From Camelus ferus (lineage: Eukaryota), in the NCBI RefSeq assembly GCF_009834535.1, contig NC_045696.1:78804001-78868000 (forward strand): a DNA stretch of 64,000 bases. Reading direction: 5' to 3'. This document shows positions 42,241 through 54,700 of this stretch, piece by piece. Position 1 is the first letter of the stretch. Every line of letters begins with the position of its first letter. Below the pieces are notes generated by a model that saw only the letters and a program-made list of their open reading frames with translations, did not search any database and was not told the DNA's origin. The position numbers were made by a program, and so were the translations under genes.

Positions 42241-43578
42241 TTCATAGTCCATGATTTATTTAGGCCTAATGTAGAGTGACATCAGGTATGGCCATATTTA
42301 TAATTGGGGAGGATTAATATACACTTGCCTTTGTTAATAGACTTGCTCAATAGAATTCAACTAATATTGCTGTAAACTAAACAAATGTTGTTTTATGTTT
42401 ACTATTTTGAGATGTATCAAATAGATAGAACAAGATAGTGTACACATCACAGTGATTTGGTATAATGGATAGCACAAAAGGTGATCTGAGTAGTTGAAGT
42501 GTTTAAACCTATTCCTAGCGTGGCAATAGTTGTATGTTACTGAGTAAGTTGTACAGTTGGCTCGTGTTCAACACCCAGCACGTGATCTGGCACATCTTGG
42601 GCACTCCTTGCTGAGTGAATGGCTACCTAAAAATTCCTCTCATTGCTTGATTGATGGTCCCAAGCTTCTAAAGTGCCTGAAGCACCACTTATTTAAATCA
42701 CCTTAAGACTTTCCCCACAAATTCCACACCCTTGAAGAAGAAGGCCTAAATAATAATGGGAGAAGGCATGGAAATAGAAGGTTCAGGAATGGATGGGAAG
42801 ATCTCCTGTAATGCAGAGGGAGTCAGCTCTGAGAGTGAAGATGAGTATTCTTAGGAGAAAAATAGAAATGTTTAAGGGGAGATTCAAGGCAACTCTCCAG
42901 GATTGTGGGCAGTAGAAAGTACTTCAAATTATGACACTCCATTAGAGAATATTGCTTAGAAATAAACATTTACAAGATATATTTGGGATTTTTTTTTGAA
43001 CTCAAAAAATAACATTCTGTAACATAAGGAAATGTAAAAATGTGGTGAACAAATGCAATCTTACAAAACAACATCAAATCTTACGAACATCAGAATCCTT
43101 TTGGGGAAAGTGAGATTCTTAGAAGGTATTTTTGAACAGTTTATTTGGTACTGATGGTTCTATATGGCCACAGAGACCAGCACAATGACAATTCTTCTGC
43201 TTAGCAGTTTGGAAATACTGATCTTCATACCATGTAAAAGGACATTCTGTGATGTCCTATCTGTTCACTGTACTTTTATTTGGGGCTATATTCAGATGAC
43301 AGATGCTCATACTTCACTTAGTCTTCTCTACCAAGATCATTATTGATTAGAGTACACAAAATTAGAAATATAACTCTCTAGATTTTAATTTTGTTTGTTT
43401 CTAGTGACACAATTTGACTAAGACTTGGATCAAGGATTAAATTTGTTGCCTCTTTCTAAATATTATTAATCTTGTTCTCCAAGGACAATAGATAATGGTT
43501 TAAAGGGATTTATTTAAATATCTTAGCCCTCTTTTAATATAACTGTCATACATCTCTGCTTAAAAAACTATGTGGAAG

Positions 43579-43716
43579 GGGGAGTGTATAGCTCAGTGGT
43601 AGAGTGCATGCTTGGCATGCATGAGGTCCTGGGTTCAATCCCCAGTACCTCCATTAAAAAATAAATAAACCTAATTACTTCCTTCCCCCACAAAAATTTT
43701 TAAATAAAAAATTAAA
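43579..43716 (+). mobile_element. Full-length tRNA-Ala-derived SINE (camelid Vic-1 type)
   Basis: GGGGAGTGTATAGCTCAGTGGTAGAG...GAGGTCCTGGGTTCAATCCCCAGTACCTCCA with A and B boxes, then AAATAAACCTAATTAC-C-rich body and an A-rich tail. 17-bp TSD AAAAAACTATGTGGAAG (43562-43578) / AAAAAACTATATGGAAG (43717-43733). Confidence 0.9.
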
Positions 43717-44029
43717 AAAAAACTATATGGAAGCAAGAAGTCATTAATTAAAAACTGCAAAGTTTTCTTCCTTTTTTCTCCATCATTTCTTCCCTCTTTT
43801 CCTCTGTCTTTTCTGACAAGCTGTGTAACAACTATATCCAAGTTCCCAAACTTTTCTCTCCAGATTCTTTCCCAGCTTTCACCAAGAGGTGAACAGACCA
43901 TAAAATATCATTGTTTCCATCAAATCAGAACTGTCAGCACATGTGTGGGCAATACAAAGAAGTTGCAAGGGGACATTTATCTTAGAAATGCTTTTGTGTC
44001 AAACAGAGAAGAAATTATTTCTGAGTTTA

Positions 44030-44070
44030 AAAATAGTCAACACAACTTGGAAAACATGGTGATATTTATT
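44030..44070 (-). terminator. Putative distal polyadenylation signal of NLGN1
   Basis: Minus strand reads AATAAA (44065-44070)-TATCACCATGTTTTCCA-AGTTGTGTTGACTATTTTT: hexamer, then a CA ~16 nt later, then a GU/U-rich downstream element. Confidence 0.6.
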
Positions 44071-47000
44071 CATGATAATAAACCTGTTTGTAATGAAAGC
44101 CATGGCTGTCCAGACGCAAGCTGAACTGTGACAACCCAATGGCTTTCTTTCTTTTTTTTTTTTTTACAAAAAAAATGACACATGTCCCATTATTTGCTAA
44201 ATGACGTGAGTGCAGAGAAAGATAAATCAAAAACACTAAAATCCTTTTAAACATATCATTTAATACAGATATCAGTTCTGGAAATGGCATTCAAAAATAG
44301 TCCCTTTGCTTTAATTTCATCTGCTGAGTTTTGTTACTATGCCTTTACACATTTCTTTAAAGCTATAATTGTTATCATTCATTTCAACACAAAACAGCTA
44401 GCACTTTGGCTTGACTTTCCATAGAGGACTAAATTCTATCACATTTGTACATATGTAGGGAGGTATACAATGTCATTTGTAAATATGAGTCTGAAAGGGC
44501 CATTAAAAATATCCTATGAATAATATAGTGCATAGGATATATATATACTATATGGTACATATAATAGTTGACAAGAAAAAATTATCTACCTATCTGATTT
44601 ATAGTTGTCCCTAATAACTTCAGACTTCTTTTAAATTAAAATTACCTTTTGGAAAAAAAATTAAAGTTTGTTGGAGATTCAAATTTCTACACTTAAAAAC
44701 CATTATATAATTGTTGCTTTTCAAAAATTCACCTCTTTTCCAGGAGTCACTTGGACTCAGTTGATGACATACAAAAATCAAACTAAATGCAACAAAAGAC
44801 CTTGCTAAATAAAATTTTCTTATTGGAAATGTATAACATGGTCATCTTACACATTTTAAATTGAGTTTTTAGGATTTGCAAATGTAAGATAGATGGCAAT
44901 GTTCATAAGTATAACTGCAGGAAGAATGGCACTCCTGCCCTGCACACGGTTATTCCCGTCTGTAGGCACTACAACTCTTTTCAGATGGAATTGATTTCTG
45001 GCCCCCATGCAAATACGGTAAAGTGCCAGAATAAAATCAAATCAGAATGCTTATGAAAAATAATCAAGTTGGTTACCAAATGTTTCACATCGCTAGGATT
45101 TCTTAAGAGACTTCTGATGGAAATTTGAAGTGTATGCTATATATCAAGTGCAGGAAAGGTATAAGGCTGCCGGAGAAGTTGCCTCGGTTTATTGACTAAA
45201 AAGCCAAAACAACTGTCATAACAATAAAGCTTGACAAGCTAATTAAATGAATGATAACAAAATCTCAGCAGGGAAGTGCCCATTAATTGAATTTATTTGA
45301 GAGCATGTTTTCACAAGTATAACCAAATTATCTAATTTTCACTCACATTTAGAAAGTGATAGTCTATAACAACTAATTACCAGAAATGAAGAGAAAGGCC
45401 AGTACTTTGAACCAATAACACAGAAGAAAACAAGCATCAAAGAACTGCCATGATATTTGACAGCTTCCTAAGAATTTCATTCATCATTTCACCCTGTGAA
45501 AATACTTCTATGAAACTCGCCAAAGAAAAGAATCCCAGTAATTTCTCTGTAGTACTGTCTTTAAAGCTGGAACGCAAAACCATATTCTTTCAATCCTTTC
45601 ATTACATTAATATATGTGTCAGTATAAGTAGGCCAACTGGTGAAATAACTAAGACTATATTATAGATACAACGTTTAAGCATTTCTTTTCTGTAAGATTA
45701 GTGCCATCCTGTTTTCCTCTTTTGTATTACATATAGCTGATTTTTTCTTTTTTAATTTTGTTGCTGTTTTCAGCAACATGTACAGATTAAAAAGAAACTG
45801 AATTAAAATATCATTATGGTCAACCTTTAAATTTGAAATTAAGAATGAAATAATCTATACGCAAATTTTCTGCTTTGAAATATTAGCATGATCTCTCCAA
45901 ACTCAAATCAGGTATTTTTAATGCTTTAGCAAGTGACTTTCCAAATCCCTAAAGTTAATAATAATAAAACTCACGAAACATTTGTAGCAGTCAACTAGGT
46001 TTTGTTCACATTCAACATATTCAGTAAAAATTTAAAACTATGAAATCTGTCACTTTTATATTGCTGAATCCCATGCTCTAAAACAACATTAATCTGCTGA
46101 CAAACATTTGGCAATACTTTTATATAATAGCAAGACAATGAAATAAAGCCAATTTTGGCTTACTGTTTATTTAAATTCTAAGCAGCGTTGACTATTTGCA
46201 ATTTCATCTGAGGCAGGAAAATCTGAATTAATAAGTAATGACAAGATATTTGTTTAATTTTTGGACTATTTTTTCCTGAAGAAAATTTTCATCTAAATAA
46301 ATGCATATAGGGTAAAATTTAATAACAATACTCAAAATATTTCTTGCATTTAAAATTTATATTTCAGCTTTAAAAACAATTCTGAATGTTCTGTTTATTG
46401 TGGGACATCAATTTTACATTCAGAAAACTAGCTGCCATAATTATAAAACTAGCAACTAACATTCATTTGCAATGACTTTATCACGACTGGAAACAGTAAT
46501 AAAACTTAGAACTGCCTTATCTCCCACAAAGTTGATGCTATATTAATTAAAATAAAAAGAATAGGGCTATGCTTTGTTTTCCTAAATTATTTCCCTAAAT
46601 TAATATAAAATAGATGTCAGTTGTGGTCTAGATAGGTAGATTGATTGATAGATAAATTTAGAGCAACATATACGTACATAGATACAAATATGGCCATCAT
46701 TAAAATACGACAGAATGATTTTGCTAAGTGAATTAATGCATATGAAAGGCTTCATTTATTTCTTATTTTGTTTTCATTTCTATTTCTGTTTTTATCTTTT
46801 ATTTAATCAATATACTAAAAGACAGTTTTCTGATTAAACAATATTTCAGATGCTAGACAATTCTTTTTATTGGTTTACATTGGCAGTTCACAGTCTAAAA
46901 GCATAACCACATCAGGCAAAACTGCATGTAGACCACTCTGGATTTTGAAGACGTTTTGCTTCTAACAGAGATACTTATTTGGAGTTAAGGAGCAGTATCT

Positions 47001-49351
47001 ATGTTTTACTGACAGTTAATAATTGGGAGGGGGAGTTGTAAGTAAATAAATTCTTCGAAATAGGAGATTTTTTTTAGTGTTAGCTTAATGTCTTGCTCAG
47101 CACTTTTAAATGTTCTTAGAAGGATAACTTTTTATCCACTACTTTATGATATTTTAATCAGCCTTATTTTTGGAATCTAGCTATTCTGATTTCATATATA
47201 CTGCACATTTATTTTCAATAGACCTTTTCTTTGATGATCAGAATTGGAACTTGGAACCCGTATTTCTAACTGAAAACAATTGGCACATTTTATTTCCACA
47301 CCATTTTCATGTAAGAGGTATTTAAAAACACAATGCTAATATTTTCCATGAGTCCCTGGGCTTATAAATTCATAACATTAAAGTTTCATCAGTTTCATCT
47401 TAGATGAGACTTGCTTTTAAAAACAGGATGTGTTTTCTGCAGAAGTTAACCTATATGTCTTCAAAAACCCGACTGGTCTAGAAAAATGACTCTCTGAGAC
47501 AGTCATGTTCCTTTTGTTTGTTTGTGTTTTTAAAAAAAGACAAAACAGCAATAAACATTTTAGCTCTTTAATGAGCAAAGATCATGTCTCTTAGCATTGG
47601 ACTAATAGTCATTATTATCTTTATTTCACGCAATGACCAGTGACATGGCCAAGATGTACAAAGTTGTTTCCATCAAGTAGTATACAATTTTTTTTTCGTA
47701 TAATAAGCTTTCATTCTTGAAAAAGAGTAACTGAAAAGAAAGGTTTCTGTTACTGCAGTTAGTTTGTCAGAGAAAGTTCTTTGCATTATCTTACAAACTA
47801 TCAAAATTGCTAGTCATCTGAAAAAATGTAAAAAAAAATCACATAACTTTAGTCTAATAGAAATATAGTACAGGTAAGAGAGAAAGTATTTATCAGGATG
47901 TGCTCTTTAAGTCCATCTCAATTTTTTTTAATATAAATGTACATCTGATTACATATACAAACATTTGGAAAGGTCTGTGATATACTGTTACTGGTAAACA
48001 ACAAGGGAATGAAGAGTTTCCTGTGGTCTTAGAATATTCACTTAAAATCACACGTACGTGTAAGACTAAAATCCTCCAGATGTTGACTCCCCTTTTAGGT
48101 CTGTATCTAGGTTGCACTCTACTGAGATTGTGTGAGTAAATTCCAGTGAATGAATGAACCTCAGTAAGAAAGATAAGTGATGTGAGGAGGGACATAACTT
48201 TATATTGAATTCTTAGTAGTAAACATTTTGTCATGCAACATGAGTAAATCAATTAACTGAGAACTGTAATCAGAGTGGTAATTTGGGGCATCCTCATATC
48301 ATAATAAAGACTTGCAAGTAATTTCTTTGGACACACTTCACCTTACCAAAAGTAACAAAACACAGAGTAACAAAAGCCACAGCAAATTATAGATCCCGTA
48401 ACACATTTCCAATTAGGGTTCTATTTCTCTAAATTATTTAGATGGGAATGAAAAGAACATTAAAAACACGGGAAATTTTTTTCTGGGATTCATATCAGCG
48501 AGTATTCACCACTATACCTATAGTTTCTTCAAATACCTTTAATAACTAACTCCTTCTATTATCAATACTACGGTGAATTATTTTATTGTAGTTACTTTTG
48601 CCCCTTAAAATCTTCTTCAGGTTCTGCCAATTGATGGAGGAAGCTTCTACTAAAAACTCCAATGAGATGAGAAGGATTTTAATTACGGCTTAATCAGCAG
48701 CACAGCCACCAAGCATATAAATTATCATGCACATCGTGCTAAAAATATCCAGTTTCCTTTATCCCCACAACTTTATACTGACAGCACTTATGTGATAATG
48801 TTGTACCTGCCAGTCTTTAAACTTTTTGTTTTACTGGCAAATTTCAGCATGAGCCTCTGCTAAGGCCATTAACAGCATTGGTGCTTTGTGTACTTATCCA
48901 AATATGTAAATATGGTCTACACAATAAAACTGCTCCAAATAAAACCTGGTGAAAATTATCTGACATTCCATTGGTGTGTCCCTTGTGCATATTCATGGTT
49001 GTTTTTTTATTTTTATTTTTTATATTTCAGACATAGTTCTTTCCTGTTTGATGTTCCACATGCCTAATTCCATTATGTAACATAAATCTTCAAAAAATTA
49101 ATTCTTGAATGTGAATGAAAAAGTATCATTCAGAACAATTGCTTCGAGCAATTGAAATTCGTTTTTAAAGTTGATTTGTGTATATATGTACAATTCAATT
49201 TTTTCAAAACCCCCAAAGTTCTTGATATGTATATTCACATAATATTCCTCCTTATTTAAATAGTAAGAGTCTTGTAGGTTGAAAGCCAAGGAATCTTCAG
49301 TACTCTTTTACTGCAGTCCATCAAAAAATAGAGTTTGTTTCTCTTATCTGG
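44048..49351 (-). other. NLGN1: NLGN1 long 3' UTR (~5.3 kb, distal end inferred)
   Basis: Follows the stop codon, is AT-rich and has no recognisable interspersed repeats, unlike the flanks. It ends at a well-formed poly(A) signal near 44065. Confidence 0.65.
47530..47625 (-). terminator. Putative proximal polyadenylation signals of NLGN1
   Basis: Minus-strand AATAAA (47620-47625) and ATTAAA (47567-47572), followed by GU/U-rich TGTTTATTGCTGTTTTGTCTTTTTTT. Confidence 0.4.
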
Positions 49352-50174
49352 CTATACCCTGGTTGTTGAATGTGAATGGGGGTGAGGGTGGGGGTGGGGC
49401 AGAGTATTGTTCTGTCCTCCAGTAAATGTATTGAATGTGTGTAAGGGCTGAATCCCTGGTATAGTGTTGGGAATCATTGTAATGGTGTTAGGTGTCATTA
49501 AAGGAACATCATCAGGTGACCTCCTCATAGCTAGTGTGTAATCTGGGGGACAGGCGGTCCGAAGAACCACCTCATGTGGATGGATGGACTCACATTCATG
49601 ATCCAAATCAGTGTGCTTCATTTGGAGGGACATGATCTCCTCTTCTTGTGCATGGGTCAGATCATTGGTAGTCGTGCGCTGAGGGCTGCATCTCCTGTGA
49701 ACATCATGTCTCCTCTTATCCTTTTTGTAGTACAGGGCTGCAAAGGCCAAGATGTTCAGAAACAGCAGTGATGCTCCAACCGCAATCGTGACGCTCAGCT
49801 CTGTGGAGTAGTCCCTTTGATCCACTGAAAATGGACTCGGTTGTTGTTTGGGATCATCCTGCTTGGCAGTGGGAAAGGCTGATGTGACAGGTACAGAATT
49901 TTTTCTTGTGGGTCTGAAAGTGATGTCAGTTGATGGCACTTTAGTTGTTGTCGAGGTATACTGAGAAATGTCATTGAGATTATGCAGATGAGGTACCAGC
50001 TCCAACCAGAGGTTCACCTTATTGGCTCTGTAATGTTCTTTAACTCTCGGTTTTAATCCAATATGGAGATAGAGTTGGTCTTTCTGGGAATATCTGGTCC
50101 ATGCTACTTCTTCAAAGCGGTTGGGTTTGGTATGGATGAATTTTGTGTCTTGAGGGACTGGCTGATTTGGGTCA
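49352..50174 (-). CDS. NLGN1: Neuroligin-1 last coding exon: end of ectodomain, stalk, transmembrane helix, cytoplasmic tail with PDZ-binding motif
   Basis: Acceptor ctttcttttctag|T at 50175/50174. Translates [25 protein letters not shown]...[24 protein letters not shown] (TM)...[16 protein letters not shown]...[12 protein letters not shown], with TAG at 49352-49354. 823 nt = 1 nt + 274 codons. Confidence 0.97.
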
Positions 50175-50464
50175 CTAGAAAAGAAAGGAGAAATTATGAG
50201 GAAAAAAAGTCTTATTCTTTTAAGTCAAAATAGTACTAGTTGAACATCTAATTGAAGAGGTAACTCAGCAAGGCTTTAAATTGTGTTTTAACACAACTTG
50301 GGTCAATTTAGAAATATAAATCCCATCACAGGCAGGTGGATAATGTAATGCAAGTAAACTATACATTCTTATTCTCTCTGCCCTTGGATTGCTATATAGC
50401 CAAAGGTTTAAAAATTCATATACATATGAGTTGTCTCATAGGCCCACTAGCAGAGACAGCCACA

Positions 50465-50700
50465 GGAAAACTTGGGATTTGGAATTGGAAGATAAGAATT
50501 TGAGTCCTGGTAATGCTATATCCTACACATGTGAATATCTATATGAAGCTTTCAAAGCCTAAGGTTTCTTTTCTGAAAAATAAGATTATAGTACCTGACC
50601 TGCCTACCTCACAATTCACAAGGTAGTTGGAAGGATGAAAAGGTATTCAGTACTAAAAAATAAAAATCTATATAAAATAATATTTGTCACTATTGAATAA
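50465..50700 (+). mobile_element. MIR SINE in the last NLGN1 intron
   Basis: TTTGAGTCCTGG...GCCTAAGGTTTCTT...ATAGTACCTGACCTGCCTACCTCACA. Confidence 0.6.
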
Positions 50701-50972
50701 CAATAAGTCCTGTGTAATTAAAAAGCAAGATAAATTTAATTGTTGAGTAATACCATAAAGATATAAGCCTTTCTTAATAAACTTTACCAAGTAAGAACTA
50801 ATAAAGCAATGATTTTTGAAACACCACAAATAAAGAATTTTGAATAAAGGAATTTAACATATTATTGGTATTAATCTATTAAATTAAATCATTTGGGCAC
50901 AAAATATGTGTTTTTTAAGTGCTTAAAATGATGCCTTTATTAAATTATAGCATTCGTTCCTTAGGTACATAC

Positions 50973-51762
50973 CCAGTTTTAGCAAAATTTGTCCAGTATG
51001 TCATTACGACTGCACTCAGCATCACATCATTTTTGGAGAAATTGCAAGGAAATAACTCTGTAGGTCCAATCATGGGAATTCCTAGTACGTAGGGAACCTC
51101 ATCTCCATGAGCTGCATCAGCCCAAGCTGGAACCTGATCTGTTTGGCAATGATGGTAAAAGGCATAGAAGTATGTAGGTGAACCAAAGTTTGAGTGAAGA
51201 TCTGCTGTAGCTACAGCTGGTGCCACCCACTGATGGTCCGTAAACAAAGCCAGTAATGTCTTCCTTCTGGTTTCAGGATTATGACGGTCAGCCCAGTCAG
51301 TATACATGAATTTAATGGTTTCTCTCAAAACATCTTTGCCTTCAGGATATCCATATAAATTATCAACAAAATTGGAAACAGCAAAGTCAAAATCACTAGC
51401 TGATATACCATCATCGCTATCTACTATATTTTCGACAAATTTTAACCCTTCCCCTTGGTTAACTCCTAACATTATATCATAGTTGAGAAACTCTCCTTGC
51501 TCCATCAATATCTGAGGGTCATCTGGAATTACATCACCGTCAATCACGGGTCCGAAGGCTATGTGGTATCGTGCTGGTTGAATATCTTGGTCAACAAGTT
51601 CTTTGTAAGGCTTCTTCTGTAGGCATTCCACTAACTCTACTGTATCTGAAACATTGCAACCAACTTTTGTGGCCAACATTCTAGCATATTTTGCAGGTTG
51701 GAAACTAACAGCCCAGCTGGAAAGGGCTGTTCCACTTTGAGCTATTGCTCGTTGAAAAAGAC
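50973..51762 (-). CDS. NLGN1: Neuroligin-1 penultimate coding exon (790 nt, cholinesterase-like ectodomain)
   Basis: Acceptor tttttcccatag|GT at 51763/51762; donor ACTGG|gtatgt at 50973/50972. Translates (G)[16 protein letters not shown]...[12 protein letters not shown]...YWTNFAKT(G). Phase 1 in and phase 2 out match the neighbouring exons. Confidence 0.97.
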
Positions 51763-54700
51763 CTATGGGAAAAACAACAAAGTTTCAGATGACCTTTGAA
51801 TAATATGGTAAAACAATAAAATCTTGTATTTTAGACATGTGTATAAAAACCCAGATATGACTCAAGAAACAGGGAGATAGAGACATTTCTGCTTAGGAGA
51901 AGGTACATAAGGTCATCCCCAGGATATAATGAATTAAAGAGTTGAACCTAAGTCTTCTACTTTGAGTAGCAACTACTTTAGGGATCAAGAGGTCGAATCT
52001 GCAGTGTCTCAAGAAGGCAGTAAGAAAGGAGAGAAGGAGACTGTGTAAATACTAGTGGTAAAAAGCCCCTAATATTTCTTTGCTCATCATGTAAACACCT
52101 ATGTTATTATTATAGCCAACCAGATGAGGCCAACTCTCTCCTTTTTAACTCTTTATCAGAATTTGTATTGTCTTTTGAGGATATTTCCTCCAGTTTGGCT
52201 ATACGCATCTTTCTTCAAAATGGCTCTGTATGTTTGTTTTAATCAGATTTTATTTGGAAAAATCATAACTTGGGGGCTGGAATTTGCTAATACCCTGGGG
52301 ATGGCCCTAATGGCACACAAAACAGAATATCACTTTAGACATACTCTTTCCAGCTCTTCATGTCAGACATAGTATGCTGAATACTTTTCTTTCAGAAGAG
52401 GACAAAACATTTGAAGTGTTTTTGCCAGGTTAAAGAAAATACCATCAGCAGAGGATTTAGTGGGGGATGATTTCTTCACTGTTGAATGTGCACTGCTATA
52501 TTTTATCATAAAAGATGAAAAGTACACGGTCCATTGCTTTTCACTTAATTGCATTTAAGAATTGTAAATCATGGTCCCATATGCAGTTTGATAAGAGTTG
52601 AATGCCATTCAAATTTATAAATGAACTTTACTCATTAAGATATTTTCTAATAAAATTTTTGTTTAAAAATATGATTTATCTTTTTTCAAAAATTGCATTT
52701 ATTACCAATTTCCAAATATGGCTTTTTAGTTCATTTATTCAAACACATGCTCAATTATTCACATGTGTTAATGCGTAAGAACTCTTTTCACAAAGGTGTT
52801 AAAGCAATGTCTGAATTAGAAGCAAAGTTTTCATTTTTTCTCCAAACGTGTATATGTGTTCAAAATGTCTGTAATATGTTCCCAGATAATTCTAAAAATA
52901 TTCAAAAAGTCAAACAGTACTAATTTAAATTTGTTTTCGTTTCTGACATTTTTATGAACATATTTTTCATTTGCTAGAGCAAAGTTTGCCAAAGCAAATA
53001 ATATAAATACAGATAATTAAAAAAATTTATATAGGCTATGTGTTTGTCAACATTTGCTCAGAGAACTATTTTACTAATTAAAAACTTCACAACTAAAATA
53101 ACTTGGTGATTTCTAGAAGATTCTTTCCCATTTTAGGGACTTACTGACATTAACTAAATATACCAAAAAAGATTTTAAGGCAAATACACATCATGTTCAA
53201 GATTGTCTGAAACAGGCCATCTAGATGGTATTTGGAAAACAATGTATTTTATCCTTAGGGATAGTGCTTGTTATGTGTGATTGACTCCTGGTAGATACAG
53301 GCCTGAGGATTGCTGCAGCCCTGGGAAGTTGCCAGACTTTAAAGTCTATGTCTGCAATGGAGACCTGAATTAACCCAATGATTTCAAGACCTCTTCTGAG
53401 CATCTTCTGATCAAATTAGGTAGCTTTGTTAGTGGCGATAAACTTAGGATTAGACCAAATATGAGTCCTATTTATCTAGGCAGGTACGGACAGATTTCCT
53501 TGAAGGCTGTGATGGAATCCTGTATTTTCAGTTGTTTGCACAGCCAGCCATTTTTGCCAATGTTTCCCACATCACAGATTGATGAATAGCAATGCTAGCT
53601 GATGAACTAATTCATTCATCTCTTTATCCAATGTTAGTTTTATACTGGCTGAAAACGGCTTTGGTGCCCATTTTCACTTTACATTTAGAAAAAATTTTAG
53701 AAAAAATCAGCAGAAATAGCTTGAGACTAAATGACCCCAAGAAGTCCGAACAGACTGTCTAATGTTAACCAACATAACATGGCATTAGGTTAGTCCTCAG
53801 GCTAGAACAATCTAATCTGTTCTATTACACAACAACAACAAACTTTGTTAGTTCAAAATAAGCCCTTTCACTACAGACTAAAATCTCTGTACAATTGGAA
53901 ATGTTCTCATATATGTGTCATTTTGTCATCTTGAATCAGAATTCTACTAGTATAAATGTGATGTTACTATATCTATAAATTAAGTCTATAATAAAATATG
54001 ATTCTCCAAATATATATACTCTTTTAATGACTGACTGTTCTTTTGAAATTTCACATTAATGTGTCTTTGATACCAAAAACAAACATTCTGTGTCTGGTGT
54101 TCATATCATAAAACTCAGTCTTACAAATGAAGATGCTTCATGAATTACAATCGACAGTGTATACTTTCTTAATATATATAAAATGACAATAAAAAAACAG
54201 AAAATACATGATGGTCTATGTTGATATATATTCTCCATCTTCCTGCTTATTATGTATATAAAATGGAGAGGAAGTATGTGCTTTTACAGATTTCGCTAAC
54301 AAAACACCTCTGTCTTGTGGACATTTCCAGTGAGTAACGCAATGAGCATGGGTGACTACACTCATGGTAAAATGGGAGTCCATAAAGACCAACATGATGA
54401 GCTTTGGGTGGGCACTTTGGAAAAAAGACATCAAGGCCAGAAAATGGAGACAAGAACAATATTTCATGGATTTAAGCAGCCTCGGTGCTCCATGCTGCTT
54501 TGTCAGTCTTCAGGGGTAAAAAATAACACTTTTGCAGTTGAAAATAGAAAAGGCACAAGTTCAAACGTATCTTTCTTTTTAGTCAAAACTCTACTAGTGA
54601 CCTCCATGCTTTGACAATTTTGGATCATGCATGCAAAATAATCAAACATTCATTCTCTACTCAGACAACAAATGAAAATCACATTTCCAGACAAACTAGT

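Noticed and set aside
43579..43653. tRNA-Ala-like cloverleaf that could be called a tRNA gene
   Set aside because: It continues into a SINE body and A tail and is bounded by a TSD. The anticodon position reads GGC, which is not a standard mammalian Ala anticodon. It is a SINE.
49574..49771. 65-aa plus-strand ORF antisense to the NLGN1 last exon
   Set aside because: A shadow ORF of the coding strand with no independent evidence.
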